Both the position numbers and the translations under genes were made by a program. Shown here piece by piece: positions 1 through 9,438 of a stretch of 52,512 nucleotides of DNA. A model generated the notes under the pieces. The model was not told where the DNA came from. It saw nothing but the letters and a program-made list of their open reading frames with translations, and searched no databases. The stretch's first letter is position 1. Each line of letters starts with the position of its first letter. The stretch is from Candidatus Helarchaeota ASGARD archaeon Hel_GB_A (GTDB lineage: Archaea > Asgardarchaeota > Lokiarchaeia > Helarchaeales > HEL-GB-A): the NCBI GenBank assembly GCA_005191415.1, contig SUPS01000001.1, positions 1 to 52,512 of the forward strand. Reading direction: 5' to 3'.

Positions 1-375
1 TTATTTTTAAAGTTTATAATATACCACAGTAACGGCACTATATAACTTTTTTAAAAAAAGAAAAAAAAGAGAAACAAAGCAAAAATAAAAATACAAACGA
101 AAAAGAAATAGTACTTTAAATAATATATTAGTTTCAAAACTATCTAATAATTCATTTTAAAAGTATCTAATGAACTAAATTAGTCTATTTTAAAGTGCTT
201 ATACTAATATCGATGACCAGATTCTTCCAAATTGTTAGTCGCTAATCTACATGATGATCGGAAAGAAAAATTTCAAAAACTAGGAACCCTCAAAATCTCA
301 CTTTATGAAATTGAAAAGAAAAATGATTTCGTTAAATCATAAATTTAAAGTATTTTGTTTTGATATTTAGCGATA

Positions 376-1917
376 ATGGGTACGCAAAGAATATTACGAA
401 AAGATTTTCGGAAAATAGAGATAAAAATCGCGTTATGTTATCCTAATTTATTTCAAGCAGGTATTGCATGTTATGCCATTCAATTAATATACTTTTTATT
501 TAATTCATTTGAGAATGTACAATGTGAAAGATTCTATTTTTCTCCGAATAATCCTCCACGGTCTATGGAATCAGGTCAGCCACTTATAAATTTCGATATT
601 GTTTGTTTTTCTTTGCAGTATGAGTTGGACTATTTGAACATGCTTGCGATGCTCTCTTCTGGAGGCATCTCACTTGATTCTAAGAATCATACTCGCCCAT
701 TGATTATTGCTGGAGGTCCTTGTGCCTTAGAAAACCCTCTTCCACTTGTAAATTTCATTGATATATTTGTATTGGGTGATTTAGAACCTATCTTGGACCA
801 ATTTATTTCACTATTAATTGATTTTAAACATGGACGCGCATCACTTCAAGATTTTTCTTCTCTTCCTGGTTTATTTATTCCCCGCATTTATCAAGATGAA
901 ATAATCACCAAATTAACTGCCCATAATTTAGATCGGTGCGTCCATCCTACACACCAACTTACCTCCGAAGAATCTCCCTTTGGTAAAAGTTTGCTCGTGG
1001 AAGTAACTCGTGGGTGTCCTAGAGGTTGCCGATTTTGCTTGATTGGATACCAAGCACTCCCTATACGATCTCGATCACTATCCACTTTAAAAGAAATAAT
1101 TCTAGATGGAATTGAACAATCAAATGTCAAAAAAATAACTCTTATTGGTCCGTCTTTATCCGATTATCCCCAATTAGAAGAACTATGTGCTTTTATCCTT
1201 GATCAAGGCTTGAATCTGTCACTCCCCTCCATACGAATTGAAGCTTTATCTGACTCTTTTTTAGAACTCTTAAAAAATTCAGGGTTGCGAACTATTTCAT
1301 TAGCGCCTGAAGCGGGGTCATCTCGTCTGCGAAAAGCGATCGGGAAAGAAATACCGGAAGATTTTCTCTTAGATAGGTTCATTGCATGCTCAGAAGCAAA
1401 GATAGACCATCTAAAATTATATTTTCTCATAAATCTACCAACTGAGACCCCCTCAGATATTGATTCAATCCGAGATCTACTTACAACTATTATCCAAAAA
1501 GCATATCCCCCGCAACGCCTTCATTTAAGTATTAATCCCTTCATTCCGAAACCCCATACTCCGTTCCAATGGGAACCTCCACTTTCATTACCCACCCTAC
1601 AAAAAACAATAAAAATTTTACAAAATCATTTTAAAAAATTGAAAATTTACAATGTTGAATTTTTAGATCCTCGATGGGCTCGGATCCAAGGGATTCTGTC
1701 ACGAGGAACCTCTGAATTAGGCCCAATTTTACTAAAAGTCCTTCAAAATGGTAAAACGTTAGGCGCTTGGCGGAAAATTACAAAAGAAATAAATTTTTCG
1801 ATAGAAAAAGCTCAAGATTTTCCTCCTCTATTGGATAATACATTACCTTGGGATTTTATCGATATTAAAATTCCTAAACAAAAACTTCTGAACCTTTATT
1901 ATAAAACTCATTCATGA
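376..1917 (+). CDS. Radical SAM enzyme with a ~200-aa N-terminal Rossmann/B12-binding-like domain
   Basis: 513-aa ORF. Canonical CX3CX2C cluster motif in VEVTRGCPRGCRFCLIGY (C214/C218/C221). Downstream glycine-rich ISLAPEAGS motif typical of the SAM-binding half barrel. Confidence 0.7.
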   Translation: MGTQRILRKDFRKIEIKIALCYPNLFQAGIACYAIQLIYFLFNSFENVQCERFYFSPNNPPRSMESGQPLINFDIVCFSLQYELDYLNMLAMLSSGGISLDSKNHTRPLIIAGGPCALENPLPLVNFIDIFVLGDLEPILDQFISLLIDFKHGRASLQDFSSLPGLFIPRIYQDEIITKLTAHNLDRCVHPTHQLTSEESPFGKSLLVEVTRGCPRGCRFCLIGYQALPIRSRSLSTLKEIILDGIEQSNVKKITLIGPSLSDYPQLEELCAFILDQGLNLSLPSIRIEALSDSFLELLKNSGLRTISLAPEAGSSRLRKAIGKEIPEDFLLDRFIACSEAKIDHLKLYFLINLPTETPSDIDSIRDLLTTIIQKAYPPQRLHLSINPFIPKPHTPFQWEPPLSLPTLQKTIKILQNHFKKLKIYNVEFLDPRWARIQGILSRGTSELGPILLKVLQNGKTLGAWRKITKEINFSIEKAQDFPPLLDNTLPWDFIDIKIPKQKLLNLYYKTHS

Positions 1918-2267
1918 GCTTCTTCTTTAATCTTCTCCAATAGGTCATGTAATGATGGGAATGAAGGATCATCCACTATTTTTAATTTCCCATTTCGCCC
2001 CAGGGTCAATTTGGTAATACCTCGAAATTCTGTAGCATAAGCATCCTCAATCTCAACGACCTGCCCCACTTTCACAATAAAAACGTGTTTCTGCCAGAGG
2101 GTAAGGGGAATTCTGCCCGAATTATCCCCTAATATTGCTTCGCAGACACGAAGCATTTTTCCAGTTTTTGAACGCACGGAATGAGGAAAATCTTTGGAAA
2201 GCACTCGCGCTTTAACGGTAATCCCTTTCATTTGGGGACGAATATCGCTAATTTGCATCATTCTCAT
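1908..2267 (-). CDS. Single OB-fold ssDNA-binding protein (short archaeal RPA/SSB-like)
   Basis: 119-aa ORF. The strand pattern ITVKARVL ... RVCEAILGDNSGRIPLTLWQK ... GQVVEIEDAYATEFRG ... LTLGRNGKLKI is typical of small archaeal OB-fold SSB/RPA-like proteins. 10-nt convergent overlap with the radical SAM gene. Confidence 0.55.
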   Translation of the reverse strand: MRMMQISDIRPQMKGITVKARVLSKDFPHSVRSKTGKMLRVCEAILGDNSGRIPLTLWQKHVFIVKVGQVVEIEDAYATEFRGITKLTLGRNGKLKIVDDPSFPSLHDLLEKIKEEAHE

Positions 2268-2274
2268 CCATATT

Positions 2275-2568
2275 CTACTTTTCTTGTGGCTTTTTTAAAA
2301 GATCTGACACAGGAAAATAAATTAAAAATGCAACTATAAAAACTACTGCTAAATTAATAAAAGGGACAAATAGAACTATTGGGGGATATATAAGATATAT
2401 GATTGTAGGCACAATTAATATAATCGCAGAAAGCATGGCATAGGTTTTCACCTTATTCAATTTTTCTCTGGCTTCTATATCAATTAAACTTTCTTTCTCT
2501 CGTATAGATGATGTAGATTCTTTCCTTTTTCGTGTTTTCCATGTGGATTTATGAGGTTTTCTTTCCAA
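2275..2568 (-). CDS. Small membrane protein (charged N-terminus plus 2 predicted TM helices)
   Basis: 97-aa ORF. K/E-rich N-terminus followed by the hydrophobic stretches AMLSAIILIVPTIIYLIY and LFVPFINLAVVFIVAFLIYF. Confidence 0.4.
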   Translation of the reverse strand: MERKPHKSTWKTRKRKESTSSIREKESLIDIEAREKLNKVKTYAMLSAIILIVPTIIYLIYPPIVLFVPFINLAVVFIVAFLIYFPVSDLLKKPQEK

Positions 2569-2712
2569 CCTTACTCACCAATTTTTTGCGTGTGATTTAA
2601 TCCAATAATCACGTCTTTTTATTAATAAACATTTGCCTATCTATTTAAAATCATTTTAAATAGACATAATCAACCCAGTACCTTTTTAACAATCCGAATT
2701 TAGAAATATCAT

Positions 2713-3252
2713 ATGCCTCAAAAGAAACGGAAAACGAGTAAAAAGCGAAAGGTATCCAGCAAGAAATCTATGTCAACTGATGAAAAACTCCCGACATCCA
2801 TTACAGGTGATATAGACCCAGAAAATATCTCAAATAGTCAAAGACCAGAGAGCTGCATTTATAATCAATATGATAATAATATTTCACTTTATGAAAAGGA
2901 AAATATGGATCTTCTAGAAACAATTAATGGCATAGAATACGATTTTGATGAATTTAAACGTAAGTATCCTCATTTGGCAGAGGAATTGACTGATCCAAAT
3001 TTGCTTTATCCCATCGATGCGGTTCGCTGGGAAGACGAGGAATGTCTACCTAAAGAAGAATTCTCCCGACCCGAAGAACCCACCGTGGAATCACTCCTTC
3101 GCCGTAGCAGAACCGAAGAAGAAGCCCTAGAGATTATTACTTTTTTAGAGAAACGAGGCGAGATTAGTTCTCAAAAAGCAAAAAGGCTCATTTCCACTTT
3201 GAAATCTAAAGGGTTAAAAGCGTTTCAATCTAAACGTAAAAAAAAGAAATGA
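2713..3252 (+). CDS. Hypothetical protein with lysine-rich N- and C-terminal tails
   Basis: 179-aa ORF. Begins MPQKKRKTSKKRKVSSKK and ends SKRKKKK. The acidic/helical core contains FKRKYPHLAEEL. No family assigned with confidence. Confidence 0.5.
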   Translation: MPQKKRKTSKKRKVSSKKSMSTDEKLPTSITGDIDPENISNSQRPESCIYNQYDNNISLYEKENMDLLETINGIEYDFDEFKRKYPHLAEELTDPNLLYPIDAVRWEDEECLPKEEFSRPEEPTVESLLRRSRTEEEALEIITFLEKRGEISSQKAKRLISTLKSKGLKAFQSKRKKKK

Positions 3253-3268
3253 GCTTGAAACGTACTTC

Positions 3269-4465
3269 TTATTTTGCAGAGACAATTTTAATTATATCGC
3301 CATATTGTAACTCATAACTTTCGCCTAAACGTTTTTTAGTCCGGGCATTGATTCCATGGATAAAATATTTCTCGAAATCTGTGTGAATTTTACCCGCAAA
3401 TTTTCGAAGCGGCATACCTCGCTTTACTAAATACACATCGGGTAGCACTCTACCATCTTTATCTGAATAACTTTGAACATCATGGACTGGATATACTGGG
3501 ATCAAGTCTAATAGTTCAAAAACTGTTACATTTATAGCTTTTTGGACACCTAAGGACCCATATTCTGATAAAAGCTGTTTTAAATTATCCAATACTTTAA
3601 GTTCTTTTTCAGAAAACACTTCCGGCTTTAATACTTCAAATTTATTATCACCAGGTTGATACACAATAATTCCTTTTTCGGCATAACGACGTAACCAATA
3701 TTCTCCAAGTGCGCATGCAGGAACTACTATCTTCTCTAATGTCTTTTGCATTCGTGCAATATTTTCCTTTGCGGGTCCTAAATCCATTTTGTTTGCAACA
3801 ATTAACATCGGTTTCGCAATAGCTTGAAGTTCTTTCGTAAATCGTTCAATATCTTTCTCAGACCAGCTACTTGGTTTTTCTGCGTTAAGATTACTTTTCT
3901 TTACAGCACTTATAATGTGTGTTCTGGTAATACTTAATCCCGAAAGACGATCCGCCATTGTCTCGATAAATGAAATTTTTTCGGTTTCAATTCGTCTGGT
4001 AAATTTCCGCCAATCGCGCCTTATTATCTGCATCAACCACATAATAATCTCATGATCTAAAAATTCTACGTCTTTTAAGGGATCCCATGTACCTGGTGGT
4101 ACATTTTGTCCCTCTGCATCTGTTGCCCCTGCCGCATCGACGACATTTATCAATGCATCAGCACGTCTCAAATCATCCAAGAATTTATTCCCTAATCCCT
4201 TCCCTTCCCATGCCCCTGGGACCAATCCTGCTACATCTAATAAATTTATGGGAATTAAACGTGTGCCATTTACACATAAAGAATTTTTAGGGTTACATTG
4301 TACATTTAACTGTTTACAAGGGCATTCTGCTGTTACATAGGCGGTTCCTGGATTAGGTTCAATTGTTGTGAAAGGATAATTGCCCACCTTAGCAGTGGTC
4401 ATACATGCAGCATTTAGAAACGATGATTTACCACTACTCGGTTTTCCTACTAATCCTATTAACAT
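3269..4465 (-). CDS. Obg-family GTPase, Ygr210/YchF-like subfamily, with C-terminal TGS-like domain
   Basis: 398-aa ORF. G1 is GLVGKPSSGKSS, G3 is DVAG and G4 is NKMD, so it looks GTP-specific (unlike the NxxE of true YchF/OLA1). The C-terminal YELQYGDIIKIV is a TGS-like beta-grasp. Confidence 0.85.
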   Translation of the reverse strand: MLIGLVGKPSSGKSSFLNAACMTTAKVGNYPFTTIEPNPGTAYVTAECPCKQLNVQCNPKNSLCVNGTRLIPINLLDVAGLVPGAWEGKGLGNKFLDDLRRADALINVVDAAGATDAEGQNVPPGTWDPLKDVEFLDHEIIMWLMQIIRRDWRKFTRRIETEKISFIETMADRLSGLSITRTHIISAVKKSNLNAEKPSSWSEKDIERFTKELQAIAKPMLIVANKMDLGPAKENIARMQKTLEKIVVPACALGEYWLRRYAEKGIIVYQPGDNKFEVLKPEVFSEKELKVLDNLKQLLSEYGSLGVQKAINVTVFELLDLIPVYPVHDVQSYSDKDGRVLPDVYLVKRGMPLRKFAGKIHTDFEKYFIHGINARTKKRLGESYELQYGDIIKIVSAK

Positions 4466-4481
4466 TTCATCGCCAAGTAAA

Positions 4482-5231
4482 TCATTTTATTCTATACGGT
4501 GATGGTGACGTAGTCGGCAATAAATCCTCATATTCATATATCATTTTCCAAAAACAGTAAGCCGTTAGCCCGTAAACTACCCATGTAAATCCTGATAAAA
4601 TACTATATAACACAGGATCTACAGAGACCGAGGGTTTCAACGCTGGGAGAAACAACTCCACAAGCCATAGAACGCCTGTTATCATAATAAAATAGCGTAT
4701 TGGGTGGGCTTGACTATTAGCTCCAATAAGGATGAAAAAAAACGCAATTAATATCGTATAAATCAGTAGAAGAATTGAAGAAATCGTTTCGAGACCGAAA
4801 TACAAACTATTTACTATTAAATCTGTTTGTGTATACCGTAGGGGATTGGCAATTAGAAAAATAGATAGATTCAAGGTTGCAATAATCGAGGCATCAATTT
4901 GAAACACCCCACCCCAAAGACCTGTATCGCGGAGCATTCTTTTTCCTGCATAATATACACCTAAACCGAAAAGAATCCCAAATATTTGCATAAGATAAAA
5001 TGAAACTGTGGCAACCTCAAAAGACATCGGTTCTGTCATAAAGATAGGATACATTGTCACCACGAAATCTACTACTATGAGTGCTACTATACTCAACATT
5101 CCTAACTTCATAAAAAATTCGATTCTATAAGCTCTTCTTTTCTCTAACTCGGCTTTCTCCCGCTCAAGGCGACGTCTTTCCATCTTTTTCTTGCGCTTTT
5201 CTAATCGTTTTCCAGTCTTCTCTGCTTCCAT
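4482..5231 (-). CDS. Polytopic membrane protein with a highly charged coiled-coil-like N-terminus
   Basis: 249-aa ORF. The N-terminal KRLEKRKKKMERRRLEREKAELEKRRAYR is followed by about 6 hydrophobic helices. Divergently transcribed from the 1019-aa gene. Confidence 0.5.
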   Translation of the reverse strand: MEAEKTGKRLEKRKKKMERRRLEREKAELEKRRAYRIEFFMKLGMLSIVALIVVDFVVTMYPIFMTEPMSFEVATVSFYLMQIFGILFGLGVYYAGKRMLRDTGLWGGVFQIDASIIATLNLSIFLIANPLRYTQTDLIVNSLYFGLETISSILLLIYTILIAFFFILIGANSQAHPIRYFIMITGVLWLVELFLPALKPSVSVDPVLYSILSGFTWVVYGLTAYCFWKMIYEYEDLLPTTSPSPYRIK

Positions 5232-5333
5232 ATACTTTTCTCATCCATTAATTTCATTCAGAGAAAGGCAAATTTTTTTAACTAGTCAATTATTAAAATT
5301 TTATCTACATAAATTCTATGTTTATTCTCCAGA

Positions 5334-5348
5334 TTATTTTTAAAAAAA
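5334..5348 (+). promoter_or_regulatory. TATA-like element upstream of the 1019-aa gene (would imply a very short or absent leader)
   Basis: TTATTTTTAAAAAAA lies 16-30 nt upstream of the ATG at 5364. Archaeal TATA boxes sit about 26 nt upstream of the transcription start. Confidence 0.3.
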
Positions 5349-5363
5349 TGAGGGCTGATAGCC

Positions 5364-8300
5364 ATGACAGTTCCGCTACGATTGCGTTTGATTTCAAGTA
5401 AAAAGTTCGAGAAGCCTATCTATACTGTAGCGACAGGTGATTTTGATGGCGATGGACGTTTAGAACTTGCAATTGGCTGTGGTGATGGGAGCCTTCAATT
5501 ATTTAAATTCGATAGAGGAAATTTAAACTCGGTCTGGACTACCAAATCTTGGGCTTGGATTGATCAAATCATTGCTGCCGATATAAATCAAGACTATATC
5601 GATGAATTACTCGTAATTATGGGCAAAAAATTGATTATCTATAAATATAAAGACCCAACTTATGAACAAATTTGGGAAATTGAAACTAACGCCACCATTA
5701 CTTCTGTTTTCGTGGGTGATTCGAATAATAACCGCCAAAATGAATTATTGATCTGTTGCAATGACGGCTCGATCACGATATTTGCACAAACGGAAGAACC
5801 CTTTAAATTTAAAAAAGTCTGGAGAAAAAAATATGAAGGTGACACGCTCATCAGTCTCGGTGATTTAGACGCTGATACCTTGAATGAGATGGTCATAGCA
5901 AACAATAACATACTCCGGATTTTCCGTGTAATTGAAAAATATCCTAAGAAAGAAGTTTGGTCTGAAACCTTCAAAGCCTACATAAAGAAATTATTATTAT
6001 TCGATTTAAATGATGATAAAAAATCAGAAATTTTCTTAGGAATGGAGGATGGAGCGCTACGAATATTTAGTCATAAAGATGGAAATTATTTCTCTGAAGA
6101 TAAACAATATAAATTCACAAATCTTGTCTCTGCTTTAGCATCAGGAAAAATCCATGATAAAAATATCATAATAGCAGGGTCTTATGATAATACTTTACGA
6201 GGATTCCGGGATGCCGAGATCTTTAAGATTGAAACTTACGATAAGATTTACGCGCTCTCATTTTCTGATATAGACCATGATGGAATCGATGAAATTATCT
6301 GTGCAAGTGGTAATAACCTTTATATTTTAAAAGATGAAGTATTTCTCATTTGCCAAATCGATTATCCCATATCCATCTTCTCTGAAAAAGAGCTTATAAT
6401 TACTTTTTACATAAAGAATAACTCAGAAAATCGAATTTACAACATAGATTTCTCAAATTTAGAGTGGGTTCCCAAAATTTTAACTTTAAAAAAATCAACC
6501 TTCAAAATTCCCCTTCTCGAAAAATATAGTGGGGTCGAATTAACTTTCAAATTTGACGTGCCTTTGGTTGAAAAGGTCACTCCTGTTGTATTTCCACGGT
6601 TTAAAATAACATTCGAAATGAAAAATTTACAATTATCACAAAATATTCCTGAAATTTCAGTGAATATCCTTCCACCCTTCTCTCATATTGCACAAAATAT
6701 TCTCAAGAAATGTGAGCACCTCACAAATATAAAAGTTCCTTTGAAATCACTTACAAAGCTTGTCGAAAAGGATCTTGGTCCTTTAAATCACGATATCGAA
6801 CAGATTATTTCTCGACTAATTGAAGAAGGCTTTATTGAAGGGTCACTTTCTAATTGGGTTTTATTTATTCGCGATTTAAAACCTTTCTCTGCAGAAGCTT
6901 TCAAAGAAGAATATCCATCGGCTCAGAAAGTTATACCTCCACGCCTTTTTATGAATGTGTTAAGAAAGATTATCAAAAGCAAAAAGAGAACACTATTGCC
7001 TGAACTTATTAATCAGTATAAACATGATCTACAAGAAATCCAGGACATGATTAAAAAACTTAAAGATAACTTTGAAATTACAGGTGTATTAATTCCCGAT
7101 GAAGAATTTCTCTTTTTATCGGATAATGAAATTAACCAGATTGTTGAAACTATTAATAATACTCCTAATATCTCACTTTCAGAGATTGCCGCACGTTTTG
7201 ACCTCCTTGAGAAAGAAGTAGAATTTCTTATCAACGATCTTATCGATCGAGGTATGTTGTATGGCCAAATAATCACTCTTGATAATGAAAAAAAATTCAT
7301 TACCGTAAAAACCTTATCAGAACTTCTTCTGAATGAATTAGAAAAGCAAGGTAAAATAACTATCTTGACTTATTCTCGAAAAATGGGTCTCTCTGCCGAT
7401 CTTGTCCGTGAGGCGATAAGAACTCTTCTTGACTCAAACCAAATTCAAGGCACCTATACTTTCAATGGAGCTATCTTTTATACTCAAGCTCGACTTGAAA
7501 AGGATTTATTAGATACCATCAAAATTTCAGAAATCAGTAGTATTGGACTAAGCTCATTAGCGAAAGACTTTATGATTTCTAAAGACACAATAACTGCAAT
7601 TTTAAACAATCTCATCAACAAACAGCTAATTAATGGATATATCTCAGAAAATACTCTCTTTATAAAGAGCTATGAAGAAGAACGGTTACGTGATATTTTT
7701 GAAAAATATGTAGATGCTTTAAATCTCATTCATATATTAATAATTCACAAAGAAAGTGGAATTGCCATTTTCTCTGGATCATATACTACTGAAAAAATTG
7801 ATCCTGTCCTTGTTTCAGGATTCTTACAAGCTATCACTTCTTTTGGTTCCGAAATTTCAGGAGATCACGCTCCTTTTAGACTCTTACATTATAAAAATTT
7901 TAAAATTTCTGTTCAAGAAGGACAACATATTCTTGGTGCCCTTATCCTCAAATCAGATCCTTCCCAACGACTTCTCGATATCTTAAAGCATTTTATCCGG
8001 TTTTTTGAAACGAATTACCGCGAACATCTTCAAGATTTCCGTGGTGGTATTGATCCTTTTCAGGATGCAGATACTTTAGTTGATGACTTTTTTGAAATCA
8101 GCTTGAGTTTCCCCCATGAAATCAATGAAAAACAAGTGTTTAAAAATCGAAATAAATTATCTGCGAATGATCTTGTTTTAATTAATTTAGCACGGAGCCT
8201 TGGACGCCAATTTGCCCTTGGAACCTTGATAGAACTCGCTAGTAAGGAAATGTTGATTTCCCAACTTGAAGCATTTTCTATAATTTATGACTTACGAGAT

Positions 8301-8423
8301 AAAAACATTTTCTACGTCCCTAGTGAAGAACGTAAATGGTGCCCCCATTGCGGGTCCATCATCCAAAAGTCGGCGACTACCTGTCCTCATTGTTTACGCA
8401 ATATTCACGAAACTCTTGATTAA
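5364..8423 (+). CDS. Multidomain protein: 7-blade FG-GAP-type beta-propeller, beta-sandwich, tandem winged-helix array, longin-like domain, winged helix and C-terminal zinc ribbon
   Basis: 1019-aa ORF. Seven repeats of the type TGDFDGDGRLELAIGCGDGSLQLF (aa 1-325; D-x-D/N-x-D-x3-E in six of seven). All-beta segment at aa ~326-437. Five repeats of a ~45-aa wH-like unit at aa ~455-768 (e.g. LSEIAARFDLLEKEVEFLINDLIDRGMLYGQI). A beta-beta-alpha-beta-beta-beta-alpha segment at aa ~785-890. WCPHCGSIIQKSATTCPHC at aa 992-1010. Confidence 0.8.
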   Translation: MTVPLRLRLISSKKFEKPIYTVATGDFDGDGRLELAIGCGDGSLQLFKFDRGNLNSVWTTKSWAWIDQIIAADINQDYIDELLVIMGKKLIIYKYKDPTYEQIWEIETNATITSVFVGDSNNNRQNELLICCNDGSITIFAQTEEPFKFKKVWRKKYEGDTLISLGDLDADTLNEMVIANNNILRIFRVIEKYPKKEVWSETFKAYIKKLLLFDLNDDKKSEIFLGMEDGALRIFSHKDGNYFSEDKQYKFTNLVSALASGKIHDKNIIIAGSYDNTLRGFRDAEIFKIETYDKIYALSFSDIDHDGIDEIICASGNNLYILKDEVFLICQIDYPISIFSEKELIITFYIKNNSENRIYNIDFSNLEWVPKILTLKKSTFKIPLLEKYSGVELTFKFDVPLVEKVTPVVFPRFKITFEMKNLQLSQNIPEISVNILPPFSHIAQNILKKCEHLTNIKVPLKSLTKLVEKDLGPLNHDIEQIISRLIEEGFIEGSLSNWVLFIRDLKPFSAEAFKEEYPSAQKVIPPRLFMNVLRKIIKSKKRTLLPELINQYKHDLQEIQDMIKKLKDNFEITGVLIPDEEFLFLSDNEINQIVETINNTPNISLSEIAARFDLLEKEVEFLINDLIDRGMLYGQIITLDNEKKFITVKTLSELLLNELEKQGKITILTYSRKMGLSADLVREAIRTLLDSNQIQGTYTFNGAIFYTQARLEKDLLDTIKISEISSIGLSSLAKDFMISKDTITAILNNLINKQLINGYISENTLFIKSYEEERLRDIFEKYVDALNLIHILIIHKESGIAIFSGSYTTEKIDPVLVSGFLQAITSFGSEISGDHAPFRLLHYKNFKISVQEGQHILGALILKSDPSQRLLDILKHFIRFFETNYREHLQDFRGGIDPFQDADTLVDDFFEISLSFPHEINEKQVFKNRNKLSANDLVLINLARSLGRQFALGTLIELASKEMLISQLEAFSIIYDLRDKNIFYVPSEERKWCPHCGSIIQKSATTCPHCLRNIHETLD

Positions 8424-8426
8424 ATG

Positions 8427-8454
8427 AAAAGGTTTGTATCTCGGAACCTTTTTT
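8427..8454 (+). terminator. Hairpin plus T-run downstream of the 1019-aa gene
   Basis: AAAAGGTT (8427-8434) pairs with AACCTTTT (8445-8452) across a 10-nt loop. It runs into TTTTTT, 4 nt after the stop codon. Confidence 0.35.
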
Positions 8455-8517
8455 AGAATGAAAAGGTTTGTACTTCATTAATTCGGTCCTATTGATATTT
8501 ATGAGGTCAGTTCTCAA

Positions 8518-9438
8518 ATGAGCCCACGAGTCCTAATTTTAGACGGAGTCCATGAAAATTGTGCTAGAATGTTACGTGAAAATAACTTGAAAGTAGAAGA
8601 AATCCCAGAGATAACTCCTGAAGAATTAAAAGCGAAACTTGCTGATGTACATGCTATTGTTGTTCGTAGTAAAACTAAAATCACGAAAGAATTAATAGAT
8701 GCAGCTCCAAATTTAAAAATTATTGCTCGTGCTGGAGTAGGATTAGACAATATTGACGTAGAATATGCTAAAAAACGCCAAATTAAAGTTGTAAATGCAG
8801 AAGAAGCACCGAGTGTGACTGTAGCTGAGTTAGTTATGGGCTTAATTATTACTCTTCTAAGAAATATTGCCATTGCGGACCATCTGATGAAAAAGGGAAA
8901 GTGGGCTAAGTCACATCTTCGAGGCATGGAATTACGCGGAAAAACAATTGGTATTATTGGGGCGGGACGGATTGGTATCGAAGTTCTCAAACGCAGTCGC
9001 GCTTTTGAAATGAACCCGATTGTCTTTGACATCTCAAAAGAGCAATTAGAAAAAGCAAGGGCATTGGGCGCAAAAGTTGAACCAAATCTAGATGCATTGT
9101 TACAAAAAGCTGATATAATCACCATCCATATTCCCCTCACACCAGAAACTAAAAATTTAATCAATGAAGAAAAAATAAAGCTAATGAAGGATGGAGCTTT
9201 TCTAATTAATGCCGCGCGAGGGGGAATTGTTGATGAAAAAGCTTTATATAATGCCTTAATAGAAGGCAAATTAACGGGCGCTGGCCTCGATTGCTATGAA
9301 GAAGAACCATCTCCCAATACAGATCTCATAAACCTCCCAAATGTTGTCTGTACCCCTCATTTAGGTGCATCCACTGAAGAAGCACAAAGAACGGCTGCCT
9401 ATCTTATTGCCAAAAAAATTATTGAGCATCTTTGTTAA
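8518..9438 (+). CDS. D-isomer-specific 2-hydroxyacid dehydrogenase (3-phosphoglycerate dehydrogenase-like, no ACT domain)
   Basis: 306-aa ORF. NAD-binding GKTIGIIGAGRIGIEV. Catalytic-domain motifs LINAARGGIVDE and CTPHLGAST. Length indicates that the regulatory ACT domain is absent. Confidence 0.8.
   Translation: MSPRVLILDGVHENCARMLRENNLKVEEIPEITPEELKAKLADVHAIVVRSKTKITKELIDAAPNLKIIARAGVGLDNIDVEYAKKRQIKVVNAEEAPSVTVAELVMGLIITLLRNIAIADHLMKKGKWAKSHLRGMELRGKTIGIIGAGRIGIEVLKRSRAFEMNPIVFDISKEQLEKARALGAKVEPNLDALLQKADIITIHIPLTPETKNLINEEKIKLMKDGAFLINAARGGIVDEKALYNALIEGKLTGAGLDCYEEEPSPNTDLINLPNVVCTPHLGASTEEAQRTAAYLIAKKIIEHLC

Noticed and set aside
52-113. A-rich low-complexity tract (about 60 nt, mostly A with scattered G/C) at the window start
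   Set aside because: There is no repeat unit or structure. It is probably compositional spacer or oligo-T terminator sequence for a minus-strand transcript. The window edge prevents interpretation.
8514-9269. 251-aa minus-strand ORF covering most of the dehydrogenase gene
   Set aside because: It is antisense to a gene with clear NAD-binding and catalytic motifs. Its translation is low-complexity (S/F/I/R-rich) with no motif. It is a typical shadow ORF.
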